From NCBI RefSeq assembly GCF_009914755.1, contig NC_060931.1: a stretch of DNA of 64,000 nt. One strand, given 5' to 3'. The notes under the pieces were generated by a model. That model was not told the origin of the DNA, did no database searches, and saw only the letters and a program-made list of their open reading frames with translations. Shown here piece after piece: positions 1-12,352 of the stretch. Made by a program: the position numbers and the translations under genes. Positions within the stretch are counted from its first letter, which is position 1, and the number at the start of each line of letters is the position of its first letter. The DNA is from the human T2T-CHM13v2.0 reference genome, Homo sapiens.

Positions 1-1435
1 ACTGAAACTGTAGGAACAGCAAAGAGATTAAAGATCAAGTAAAGAGCAACAAAGGTAAGTAGGAAAACTCTGTTTCATTTCAGGAGAGAACATATGCTCT
101 GATTGGTTTATTCATTATTTATTTCATTTGTCAATGCACATTGCTGTGCTACTTAGCGGCATACAATAGTTAACTGCATTTAAACAAGATAAATAAGCGA
201 ATTCTAAAATAAATGAAAATGCAATAAATGCTGTCATTGAATAAGTGTAGAGATTCTGCCAGCACATAGCAACAGGATATCAAGTTGGGTCTAAGAAAAA
301 AACCCACAGGTATTGATATTTAAAACGATGTTTGAAATATAAAACCTAGGAAAGGGAGGGGAGTGAAAACAAGTGCATTGAAGTTAGTATAATCATGGAG
401 GCAAGCAGGCAAGTTGGAGTTCAGCATACTGAACACCCTATGCAGCAGAAGTCAAGCGCAGCTGATTCTGAAAATTACCTGGAACATATTTAGATACACA
501 GACTCTAGGATTTCTTATTTTTAATGTTCAGAATTGGTGTCTTGGAGAATATACATTTTAATAACCCCCAACCCACCTTTTCTGATGTAGTTAGTCACCT
601 CCTCAGTGCATAGAACCACACTCTGGAAGTTCCATCATGCAGAAATTAACAATTTAGGGCCAAGCATAAACGGATCAAGGACGGAGTAGCTGTAAAGCTA
701 AGTCAGTCTGGAACTTTGAGCAGCCAAAGCATAGGAAGGTGAACAGAGCAGGTGTAAGGAGGTCCCTGGGAGCCTCTCCAGTACTGACTGTCAGGCTCAG
801 GCTGCTTTGTATAAGGTGTCAGTTCTATAACCTGGGTATCAATTAAAATAAGAGCAGATTTTGCAGAAAAGACAATCAATGCCTTTAAGGTGTGTTTTAC
901 CTGAATGTAACTGGAGGCTATTTCAAATTAGCAGAGGCATAAAAACGGAAAAAATTACAATGGATAAGGACACAGTAGGCTTTTTGAGTATCCAGTTCAA
1001 ATGAATGCAGCTGCAACTGTTTGTGGAGATGCTGACAGGGTGACATGAGTCACTAACTTGCGTGTTTGGGCTAAGTAATAGGGAATGGAAGAATTGACCT
1101 GATTAAAGTTGTATTGCCATTGGAATGTTGGTGTGAGATTAGTTTCGGTCATTTCACTTGTGATGGAATTAACCAGCTGATGTGACTCAGAAGATAGATT
1201 GCATCTCAATGTCTTATAGTTTACACACTAAAGAATTCTTCCTCAGCGCAAGTTCAAGGTGAAATGCCTTCTTAGTCTATAGCTGCAAGCATGACTTGTT
1301 TAACTTAGAAGAAACGTATGGAATTGATACCTTTTTTATTACCATGTGTAATATGCAATGTGGTTTGACTGGGGCCATTTAAATCATCTGTTCCCTTCAC
1401 ATAACGACCTTTGATTGGGGGCAATCAACTTATTG

Positions 1436-1510
1436 TGGTGCAAAAGTCATCGCGGTTTTTGCCATTACTTTTAATGACAAAAACCGCGATGACTTTTGCA
1501 CCAACCTAAT
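1436..1510. mobile_element. MADE1 (Hsmar1-derived MITE), near-perfect hairpin
   Basis: tggtgcaaaagtcatcgcggtttttgccatta / cttt / taatgacaaaaaccgcgatgacttttgcacca pairs at 31 of 32 positions. The right end is ccaacctaa; the left terminus is eroded. Confidence 0.95.
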
Positions 1511-2139
1511 ACCTAAGCAGAATAACTATTATGAAACCATGTTTGTACTTGTATTGTCAAATTCTGTTGCTTCAGTGGGTTTTCTTCAAGTAATTTTTCT
1601 TTAAAAATAAAGCTATTTGACAGTTTTTCTCAAGGACCATGTCTATATAGGCAATGGAAACTGGAGAACTGGACTACTATCCACTGAATATAATAAATCA
1701 TAAGTCAAGGCCAGCTCTATGCAAATTGAACAATTTGTCCATGTTTCTCCATGAAGCCCCTGATCTCCTCTTAAACAAAGAGCCCACTATTTTAGTGGAA
1801 GGTCTCTTTTATCTTTAATCAAAACTGATTTCACTGAGCCCCAAACTATCCAAGGATATTATATTTAAAAAAGAAATAAAGTGTTAAAAATTACAAGATA
1901 ATTATTTGCATTTTAACTAAAATAAAGTGTGAGAATGTAGGTACATTTTAACCTGCTAGAAAGTGGTTTGAGTGGTCAGATTTTGCCTGAATAATTTGCC
2001 TAACATACCCTCATTTCCCTAATTTGCAGTATTTTAACCTGAATCACTTAATTTCTTATATTAGAAACAAATGGTATTCAATAAATGCTTCTTCCTGGAG
2101 CAGAATAAGCAGATGACTGCCTTAGAGTCAGTCCAGGGC

Positions 2140-2500
2140 TGGTTTCTCCAGCAACCCAGGCACACTTCATGCTCAGTGCTTTTTGCGCTTGCTGTCCCTT
2201 CAAAGTTTAGATATCCTTATACATTTCTCCATTGAGCGTTTATGCAAATGCTTTCTTCTCAAATTTTTCAGGATGATCTTCTATGAAAGCTTAACCCATT
2301 GACTACTCCCTGAAATTCTTAATCCCACCATTCTATTTTTTACTTAATACTGATCACTAATATAGTGTGTATTTTATACATCGCTTGTTGTCTGTTTCTC
2401 TCATTACAATGTGAGTAAGCCTACTGAGAACAAGACTCATTGATTTGCTTATTTCTGTAATCCTAGACCCCAGAGGAGGGCTTGAGATATAGCTGACACT
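2140..2500 (+). mobile_element. L2 LINE 3' fragment
   Basis: Diverged L2 3'-end motifs (ttgcgcttgctgtccctt, ttgttgtctgtttctc...atgtgag). Confidence 0.55.
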
Positions 2501-5500
2501 ATTTTGAAATGATTATATAGTCACAGAAAGTTACACAGAAGTACATAGAGTTCTTGAGTATGGGATCTCATTAATGGGTTCATCTTGCATAAATAAAATA
2601 CAATACGAATACCAGAAAACTGAGACTGGGTATAATGTGTGTATATAGTTCAATGTCAGTTGATCACATATGTAGACTTGCATAATCACCAACAAAATCA
2701 AGATACAGAACTATTACTATTTCATCACAACCATGTCTCCCTCCTGCTACCTGTTTATAGTCACTCTTACTCACTTACCCTTACCATTCCTAACAGTCGA
2801 CAACCACTAATATGTTTTCTTTCATCATTTTGTCATTTCAAGAATGTTATAGATATGGAAATGCCTGTTCTTTTATACTGCTGAGTAAAATTCCGTGGTA
2901 TTTATAGAGGATAGTTTGTTTTTAAACTATCACCAATTAAAAGACACGTTGGTTGTGTCCAGATTTTTGCTACTACAAATAAAGCTTGTATGAGCGTTCA
3001 TGTACAGGTTGTGCGGACCTATGTTTGCTTTTATCTGGGATAAATGTTTACAACTATAATCATTGGGCATTGGTAAGTATATGTTCAGTGGTTTTAAGAA
3101 GCCTGCCCAACAATTTTCCAGAGTGGCTGTATCATTTTGCATTCCCACAAATAATGTATTAGAGATCAAGTTCCTTTACATCTTCCACATCACTTGGTAT
3201 TGTATCTATATTTTATTTTAGTTGTCAGAATAGGCATGTAGCAATATCTCATTATGGTTTTAATTTGAATTTCATTAATGGCTATTGATAATAAAGGATT
3301 TTTCATGTGCTTATTTGTCATTTATATATCATTATTGGTAAAATGTCCCTTCCTGACTTTTATAATTGGATTTTTTTTTTTACTCTTGAGTTTTGAAAGT
3401 TTTTTATATATCCTAGATATGAGTATTTCGTTAGTTTGCAATTTTTTCTCTGTTTTCAGCTTTTTAAAAATTCTTTTAACAATCTTTAATGAAAAAGGAT
3501 AATTTTGATAAAGTTTAACACGCAGATATTTTTATTTTATGAATTGTGATTTGAGAGTTACGACTAAAAATTCTTCACTAAGCTCTGTGTTCTAAACTTT
3601 TTATCCTATATTTTGTTCTAAAAGTTTTATGTTAAGTTTATAATCTACTTTGGACTATTATATAAGTTGAGATTTAAGTAAAAGCTCACTTGTCCCGTTA
3701 TGGACATACAATTACTTCAGTACCATTTGTTGCAAAGATTATCTTTTCTTCTATAATTTGCTTTTGAACTCTTGTCAAAAATCACTTCACTTTACTTATA
3801 TAGATTTATATCTAAATTCTCTACTTTGTTTCTGTGGTTTGAGTATGTATTCCACCATGACTACCTGACAGTTTTGATTACTGTGGCTATTTAATAAATA
3901 GTGAAATTGGGTAGACTGATTTCTTTCATTTTATCTGTCTTTAAAATATATTTTTCTAATCAACTTCCTTTCCCTTTTCATATAAATTTTAAAATAATCT
4001 GACTGTACTTTAAAAATCTTGCTAGAGTTTTGCTAGAAATTGTTTTATGCCTGTAAATCAGTTTGTGGAAAATTAACATTGTTACTTATTGAGTCGTCAA
4101 ATCTATAAACACGATAATTCTTCAATATTTATGTTTTCTTTGCTCTCTTTCCTGGGCATTATATAGTTAAAACAATTGTATAAATTTGTATAATTCCTGT
4201 ATTGTTTCTTAGATTCACATGTAAGTATTTACTTTTTGGGTAATTGTAAATGTTGATTGGAAAGATATAGAAATGCAATTTACTTTTGGATATTGATCTT
4301 TTATCCAGTGGTCTTGTTTAACTGACTTTTTTTTTTTTTCTTTTTTTTTGAGACGGACTCTCACTCTGCGGCCATGCTGGAGTGCAGTGGTGCAATCTCG
4401 GCTCACTGAAACCTCTGCCTCCCGGGTTCAAGCGATTTTCCTGCCTCAGCCTTCTGAGTAGCTGGGGTTACAGGCGTGCACCACCATGCCTGGCTAATTT
4501 TTGTGTTTTTACTAGAGGCAGGGTTTCACCATGTTGGTCAGGCTGATCTCGAACTCCTGACCTCGTGATCCACCCGTCTCGGCCTCCAAATAACTCACTT
4601 ATTAATTTTAGGATTTACTTTTATAAAGTCTTGGGGATTTCCTACACAGCTACCTTGTCTTCAATTAGACAGTTTTATTTTTCCTTAGAGTAATTTATTT
4701 AATACTTATAGAGCTATTTAAAACATCTATTCCATACTGGCTGTCTTGATGTAGTTTTTGTTTTCGAGGAATTCATTTATTTCATCTAAGTATATGGGAT
4801 GGTTGTTTGTATTATTACCTTATTATGCTTTTGCTCTCTGCAGAACCTCTATAGCCCTAGTTTCAATCTTGAAATTGTTAATTTCCATCTTCTCATTTTT
4901 TTGGTCAGTTTTGCTAGATGTTTGGTAATTTTATTAATCTTTTCAAAAAGCCAGGTTTTTTTGTTATTTTCTGTATTGTTTTTAGTTTTCAGTTTCATTG
5001 ATTTCTGCTGTTATACTTATTTTTCCGTTCTTTCTGCTTGCTTTGGGTTTATTTACCTCTTCTTTTGTTTGTTTCTTCAAATGCAAGTTTAGATTATCAA
5101 TCTGAGATTTTTTTTCTTGTTTTCTTTTTAGTGTAAGCATTTAGTGCTATAAAATTTCTTCTCAGCACTGTTTTAATTGTGTCCCCAAAATTTGAATAGG
5201 TTTTATTTTTATTTGTATTCACCTAAATGTATTTTAAAAATTTTCCTTTGAGACTTCCTCTTTGACTAATGGATTATTTAGGGGCAAGTGGTTTAATTTC
5301 TAAGTGTTTGGGGATTTCCCTGTTTTCTATTATTCATTCCTAGTCTGATTCCATTGTAGTTGGAGAATATTCTCTGAGTGATTTCAAATATTTTAGAAGT
5401 GTCGAGGTTTGTTTTATTCACTAGGATATGGTATATCTTGGCATTTGTTGCATAGATACTTAAACAGAATGTATATTCTGATATTTGTGGTTGGAATATT

Positions 5501-7735
5501 GTATAATGTTGATTATATACTGTCGGGTGATGATAATGTTGAATTCTTCTCTATCCTTAATGATTTTCTTATTTCCAGAGATATTAGTTTTGCCAATAAT
5601 TATTGAGAGAAGGGTGTTGGACTCTTAGGTTATAATTGTGGATTTGTCCTTTTTTAAAATTTCTGTTCTATAAGTTATTTCTTCACATATTTTTGCAGCA
5701 CTTTGGTTCATACACATTTAAGATTGCTGTTTTTTTGAATTGATCTTATTAGGTTTTATGTGTCTTCCTGTCTTGTAATTTTCTTTGCTTTGATGTCTAC
5801 TTTGTTTGGCATTAATGTAACCATTGCTATTTCATTTGAGTTAATATTTTTACAATCCATTTTTTATCATATTTTTACTTTTAAGCTGGGTATATAATTA
5901 TATTTAAAGTGAGTTTTCTGTACAGATAGCATTTAGTTCAGTCATGTTATTAATCACTGTGACATTCTCTTTTACTTGAATATTTCCACCATTTACATTT
6001 AATATAATTATCGATAATTTTAGGACTTAAATCTGCCATTTTTTTGTTTGTTTTCTGTTCTCATTGTTTTCCTATTCTTACCTTTCTGTGGGTTACTTGA
6101 ACAATTTTGGTTTTGAGGATATTTCTTTGTATAGCTACTTAGCAGTTGCTCTAGGTATTACATATATACTTATTGCATTTATACACAAACACACATACAT
6201 AAAATATTATCACAGTCTATTGGTATCAGTATTTTACCTGTTGGAGTAAAATATAGACAGCTTACTTTCCTTTATGTGTCTTTAACCTCTTTCATTATAA
6301 TATAATTGTCTTAAATATTTCTGCTGCTTACATTTAGAATTCCATTAGGCAGTATTATAATTTTCTGCTTTAACCAGCAAGTATTATTTAGAAATTTGAT
6401 GAGGAGATTTAGTCATATTGATTTTATTCATATGCTTGTTTACAGTATTTTTGATTTTCCAATGATTTTATCATTTCCTCTCTGTTTAAATAAATAACTT
6501 TTTAAAGCTATTATCTTAGAGTATATCACTTGGTAACAAATTCTCCTAGTTTTCCTTCATTTGATCATATCTTGGATTTTCCCTTTATTACTAAAGTATA
6601 TTTTCTGGCTACTGGTAACATATTTTTTTTCATCAACTTTCAGAAGTTTAACAATGATGTGTCTTGCATTTGATTATTCTGTTAGGATTTCACTCAGCTC
6701 CTTCACCTGTTGGTTATGCACTTTATCAAATTGAAGAAGTTTTAGCGTATTTTGAGCCCCATCCTCTTTCTATTTGCCTTCTGGGATTTCACATTTTTTG
6801 TTACAGTCTCACATGTCCCTCAGACTGTGTTATTTTTTTTCCAGTGTATTCTCTCACTGTTGTTCAGACTGAGCAATTCCTATTAGTCTATCTTCCCGTT
6901 CAATGATGCTTTCCTCTGTCTCATTCATTCTGCTGTTTAATCCATCCATTAGATTTTAGAATTTCTATTATTGTATGTCTTCTGTACTAAAGTTTCTATT
7001 TGGTTCTTCTTTATATCTTCTATTTCTTTACTAATATTTTCTATTTATCTTATGACACAGTCTGTTTTTTACAAATTTGTTTCAAAGCATGAAGCTGCCT
7101 CATAATTTCAAGATGAAAGTGGAAGTCCAGGGTTCCCACTTAGCCTCCATTTATACCCAAAGGGGAAGAAACGTGGCCCTTATCACCGCTGAGCCTGAGC
7201 CCGGGTAACACTTCAGACTCTCTTCTAGGCCTCTTCAGAAACCTCCCTGACTGTGAAGAGGAAAGGGCCTTTCTTTACTCCTCCCACCATTGCCTCCATT
7301 GACACTGTATGAGTTGGGATCGTTACTGGTAGAGGTCATGAGAGTTCCAACTTTTCACTCGGTCTCCTCTGACACCACTGAAGTTAGGAAGGGGAGAGTT
7401 GCTTCAAGAATGCTGGATGGAGATAGAGTTTAGGCTCCCCACATAGCTCAAGTGACACCTTGAGGGCTGTGTCATTTTGTATTTCCATGTTCCTGACTTT
7501 TCTAGTACCCAGTATGGCTTATATGTGTCTTAATGAAAACTCAGGGAACTGATTACCATATCATTTGCAAGGGCCTGAAATCCTAGTCTCTGACTTTTTT
7601 CAGCACCATTCAAATCATCTTACGTTTCTTTTGTATACAAACTTATATAATACTCAGGGTTTTTAGATGTGCTTAGTAGGAGAAATAGTAAGAAGTACAT
7701 CTATTCCATCGTTTCCAATAATGGAAAATTTCATA
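2501..7735 (-). mobile_element. Old L1M (L1MC/L1MD-like), fragmented, antisense
   Basis: L1MC-type 3' UTR (aatcaagatacagaac, ttttccagagtggctgtatcattttgcattcccac) followed by T-rich antisense ORF2/ORF1-like and 5' sequence. Confidence 0.8.
4329..4590 (-). mobile_element. AluS, slightly 5'-truncated, inserted in L1M
   Basis: Poly-T then gagacggactctcactctg...ctcggcctccaaa. Near-TSD taactgactt (4319-4328) / taactcactt (4591-4600). Confidence 0.95.
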
Positions 7736-8291
7736 AAACAAATGTTAAATACCTCACCAAACAACACCCAGTGAAAATAGTTTTAAAAATTAAATAGCAT
7801 ATAAAGACTCCATCTCTGAATTTTACCTGAGGTAAACTGATTCAGCTAATAAAACATTCTCAGGATAAATAGAGTTAATTATTTGCATTTAATGATATTT
7901 TAAAGTCTTTTGGTTGTTAATTTCTTTCTCAATGCTTTCTTTGCTTTTCTTCTGTTAAGTCTCTGACTCAATAACAATATTGTGCTAACAATTTTTGAGT
8001 TGTTAAAAAGTGGAGCTTGTTAAACCAAAATTGCTATTACTGTCATGAATCATAGTCTGCAACACTTTAAGAATTATCCAAATAATGGCCAATGTAACCC
8101 TTTTCTAATATCACGTTTTATCTTTTGTGTATAAGATAGGGAAAGAAGAAAGCCCTATTATAAATTTGTAGTAACTTAACTAGTTATTAATAATAGAGGA
8201 AGTCTTTCCCAAAACACACTTTTAAATTTCATTTATTTGATGTCACAGAGGTCATTTATTTGCCTGGAAAATGAGAAATTAACGAGAGTAT

Positions 8292-8330
8292 CGCGCGTCT
8301 GTGTGTGTATGTGTGTGCGTGCGCACGCAT
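8292..8330. repeat. Alternating purine-pyrimidine (CG/TG)n tract
   Basis: cgcgcgtctgtgtgtgtatgtgtgtgcgtgcgcacgcat. Confidence 0.8.
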
Positions 8331-8519
8331 ATTACTGTTAGGGGAACTGAAGTTAAAGAGAAAATGAGGAAGGATAGCTTATATAGTACCAAAAATAATT
8401 TATCTAGAAATTCAAAATTTTGTACTTCAGTTACTAAAAATTAACCATTTCTAGTACCAGTACCTTAATGCCACACCAATGGCACACATCCTGCTGGAAG
8501 ATCACAATTTAAACAGTGT

Positions 8520-9290
8520 GCAGTTTTTACTAGCGGAAATAAAGTTGCAATGTTTCTCATTTTTCCACATGATCATGTGTAAAAGCATTTCTTGGGAATA
8601 ATCTAGAAATAAGATTGTTGACAAGTGAGTAATCAGCATCTTTAATATTATTAGCTATTCTCAAATTAGATATTAAAATAATTACAACAATTTAGGCTCA
8701 AAATAAGTATGTACAATTTCTCTTTATTTGATGTCCAGACCAATGCTTTGCATCAAAAACCTTCAACTTTGCTGGTTAATATGATGAGCATGAAATAATA
8801 TATTACTCTTTAAAACTATTTGCCTTTCTCTAATTGCTCATGAGATTGAACATGTGTATACACGTATATGTATATATATATCTATGCCATCTCATTTTCT
8901 TTTAGTTTCTCTTTTTACATGATTTTTGCACTTTTCTATTGGACTGACATTTTCTTGAGAATTTGTCTTTTTTTTTTCTATTTGCCGTGTAGTAATAGTT
9001 TAATGATCCTTTGAAGTAATGTATGTTTTATGTTCTTGCTGTGTATAACTTATTTTTTCACTTTGTATATGGGGTCATTTCTGTGAGATTTTTAATGTAG
9101 CCAAATTTACGAGTGATTTTATTTATGGTTTTTGCTTTCTAAGCTATTTCTTTAATATATCTTCTTCTTGAGTTCATAAAGATATATTTGATATAATTTT
9201 TTTTTCTAAAAATTCCAGATCTTTGTTTCTCCACTTAGGTTTTAAATCCACTTTCAATTTATTTTCATGTGTGATATTACCCTGAGGCGT
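8520..9290 (-). mobile_element. Ancient L1ME-like fragment
   Basis: Degenerate antisense L1 3' ORF2 motifs (ttgcctttctctaattgctcatgagattgaacat, cttaggttttaaatccac). Confidence 0.5.
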
Positions 9291-9299
9291 TAGAAATGA

Positions 9300-9885
9300 T
9301 GTTCATTCTCTATTGTTGCATGACAAATTATCATCAATTTAGCACCTTAAAAATTCATTCATTTATTATTGCAGAGTTCTCTAAATCAAAAGTCTGTGTA
9401 GCCATTGCTGACTCTCTATCTAAGGTCTCACGAGGTTTAGAACCAGGTGTTACTGAAGGGGACTCAAATCTGGAAGCACTGGGGAAGAATGTACTTCCAG
9501 CTCATTCAAGTAACTGGCAGTATCTAGTGAAACTCTGTTATAGAACCAAGGTCCTTAATGTTTTTCTTGAGTGTCAACTGGGGATCACCCTCAACTTTTA
9601 GAGGCCACTCAGGTCCTTTCCATGTGAACTTCATCTTTCAGCCCGCAATGGAATCTCTCTCGGTCTCTGCCTCTCTCTCTCTCTCTCTCTCAGTGTAGCG
9701 TTCATGCATATCGATTTTTGATTTCCTTTATTATCATCCAGAGAAAACTCTGCTTTTGAAGTCATTTGATTAGTAACCCTAATTACATCTGAAAAAATGC
9801 ATTTGTCACATAACATAACCTAATCGTGGATATAATACCAGGGAATGAAGTTCAGTGGGGCCATCTTGGGATTCTGCCTATTGCA
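9300..9885 (-). mobile_element. MLT1 (ERVL-MaLR) solo LTR
   Basis: tattgttgcatgacaaattatcatcaatttagcaccttaa...gggccatcttgggattctgccta, with an internal (CT)n. Confidence 0.75.
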
Positions 9886-10594
9886 TAAGTGGGATAAATT
9901 TGGGACCAAATTATTTTAAATTTACTCTGCGTTTCCTGTTTGAATCTTACCCACAGGGAGCTGAGAGGGAAATTGAGATATTCTTAGGCTACATGTTCCT
10001 AGAAGCATTTAAAACATATATTGAAATATTTTTAAAATAATGTTTTGGTCTTGTGATATAGTCAGAAATACAATATTTGAGCATGTTTTTACCTTAATTT
10101 TAAAAACTCTCTTCTTTACATGTCTATTATTAGTGTATTTAACTTAATAATTAACACAGAAGTCAATGACATATACTATATTCTTAACTTTTGTTGGAGA
10201 GAGAGATGACTTTGAATGAATATACATGCCATACTGAATTTAAGGTAGTAACTCAATTATGAGCATGTTGATAGGATAGGAAAAAGATAGAACAGATGTG
10301 CATGCACATTTAGCGTCTCAGAAATTAAGCTTCTGCAGGAAACTTTAGGCTTTTTTTGTTTTTAGTTCTAACATGCAACGAAGTGAATTTTTGTAATGAA
10401 CTTGTATACATCTGGAGCTCCTTAAATTATTGTTTTGATTTCATATAAAGTGAACATTGCATGCAAGAGTGACCTTGGGATGTTTTCTCTGAATACATAT
10501 CCACAAATCTTTGATCTAATACAAATAATTGAAATGAGTGAGCCATGATTTACTTTCAAATTGAATTATGTGGCATTTCAAGGGAATGGATATA

Positions 10595-10700
10595 ATGTAT
10601 ATAAATATATATACACACGTGTGTGTGTGTGTGTGTATATATATATGTGTATATATATATGTGTATATATATATATGTGTATATATATATATATATACAC
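10595..10700. repeat. (TG)n/(TA)n compound microsatellite
   Basis: Directly visible dinucleotide runs. Confidence 0.95.
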
Positions 10701-11215
10701 ATTTCCTTTTCTACTTCTTTCTTTGTTCTCAAGGACTTTTCTTTCTATAGACTTGGGCCCTAGAGATCAACTAGCTAACGTAATCATTCAAATGTAAAGT
10801 CAGTGAAATCTGCCAAGGTAAAATGACTTACCTAAAATTGCACGGAGCTGATTCTCAGATCTAGGCCATGTGGCTTAGCCTTGTCTTCTGTGACATTATT
10901 CTGGCTCGCCAAGTCATTCAATTTATAACTCTACTTATATAACACAAATTAGACGGTTATAAATCATTTGTTAAATTTCAGAGGACTGAATTAGTGAATA
11001 TCTGGGGCAAAAAATGTTATGCTGAGAAAATCCTGAATTTGTTTTAACCTAATTTCCCTCTAACATGAATGGAAAATAGATTTGTCTGTAACTAAGTTGA
11101 TTTTTAGTTCTTTCCTACATTTTCTTTAGACACATGATCGAACTTTGGATAAGCTTACATGAAATATGATAATAATTCAACTGTAATTTTTTATTCTTGA
11201 TTTTCCTTTTCATAG

Positions 11216-11295
11216 AATTGATGTTTTTATCTCTCTGATAGTTAAAGCAATGGGATGTTCTACATATTTTATTCATATAATTACTGCAAACAAAT
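11216..11295 (+). pseudogene. Candidate exon relic: N-terminal half of GPS motif of a polycystin-1-like pseudogene
   Basis: Strong acceptor ttttccttttcatag. Frameshifted translation CFYLSDS*..QWD resembles GPS C-x-F/Y-W-x(5-6)-W-D/S. Donor is weak. Confidence 0.35.
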
Positions 11296-11393
11296 GTAGT
11301 TTAGCCTTTGTTAGAAAAAAATCATGTTCCCTATTACTCTGAAACACTTGCACACTTTCGTTTGTTTGTTTTGTTTGTTTGTTTCACTGAAAG

Positions 11394-11565
11394 ATGACCT
11401 TATCATCTTTGGAGGCAATGCATCAACCTTCACTCCTTAACTACAGTTATCCTGCAAACTCCCCACTCCAAGACTTTTCTCACCTTTGCAGGCTTATCTC
11501 TTATGTAAAGTCGTATTTCAGGGTTCTTATTACTTTAGCTGCTGCTTGTCAGAAAAATTAAAAAA
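11394..11565 (+). pseudogene. Candidate exon relic: end of GPS plus start of TM1 of a polycystin-1-like pseudogene
   Basis: T-rich tract + aag acceptor, donor aaa|gtgagc. DLIIFGG resembles GPS HLTxFGS. After a frameshift it reads YSYPANSPLQDFSHLCRLISYVKSYFRVLITLAA. Confidence 0.45.
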
Positions 11566-12352
11566 GTGAGCATGTTGGTTTAACAGTATTGAGAGCCCAC
11601 TAAAAATACCATGCTGGTGCATGTTAACATGCAATTAGCCCTACTTGAAGCCTAGGCTAAATTACTACTCAATTGATATGGGACAGACAAGAAGGGGTTG
11701 ATGGAGGAAAAGAGTCAAGAGCAGATGTAATCCCATACTCCACGGTTATCGATTTATCCTGCTGAAACAGTTTAATGGAGAAATTTATCACTCACCCCAA
11801 TTAATGTGAACATGGTATAAAAAATAAATTAGGAGCTGGAAGCCAGGAGGTCATATGAATGTTATAATATAGTTGTATTATAAGGAATAAGAACTTGAAC
11901 CAAGTAATTAGCAATAGGAATGAAGAGGCTGTTTTTAAAGGGAAAAAGCGAGTCTTAATGATTAAATAGGTAAGAGGATTAAAGTAGGCAGAAGAGCAAA
12001 AGACAAGTATGTTGCTCTATTCTTCTGGACCAGAGAGAAAAGTGATGACATTACAAATAGGAAATTCTGAAAAAAACAAAAACAAAAAAAAACATGATTT
12101 GAGAGAGAAGAAAGTTTGTTTTAATATATATTCATTAAGGGACATGGTGGTAAGAAAGCAAATCTTATTAACCCCTAATCACTTAGGGACAAAAACAGAA
12201 ATACGACTTTTTAAAATAAGAATGGCAGGTGGTTTCTAAGTTCCATGCGACTTACAAACAAAACTGAATGTTAAAATATATTTTTTAAAATATACGGCTT
12301 TAATTCTTTTTATTAAAATATGTTTCCCTCAACTTGCTGACAACTAAGAAAA

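Noticed and set aside
7960-8093. Additional exon of the candidate pseudogene after a strong polypyrimidine tract
   Set aside because: Stops in all frames, a weak donor and no motif I can place confidently; worth including in the alignment test.
10100-10244. Hydrophobic segment YTIFLTFVGERDD as TM1
   Set aside because: It lies upstream of the GPS-like segments (wrong order) and has no clear acceptor; likely AT-rich chance.
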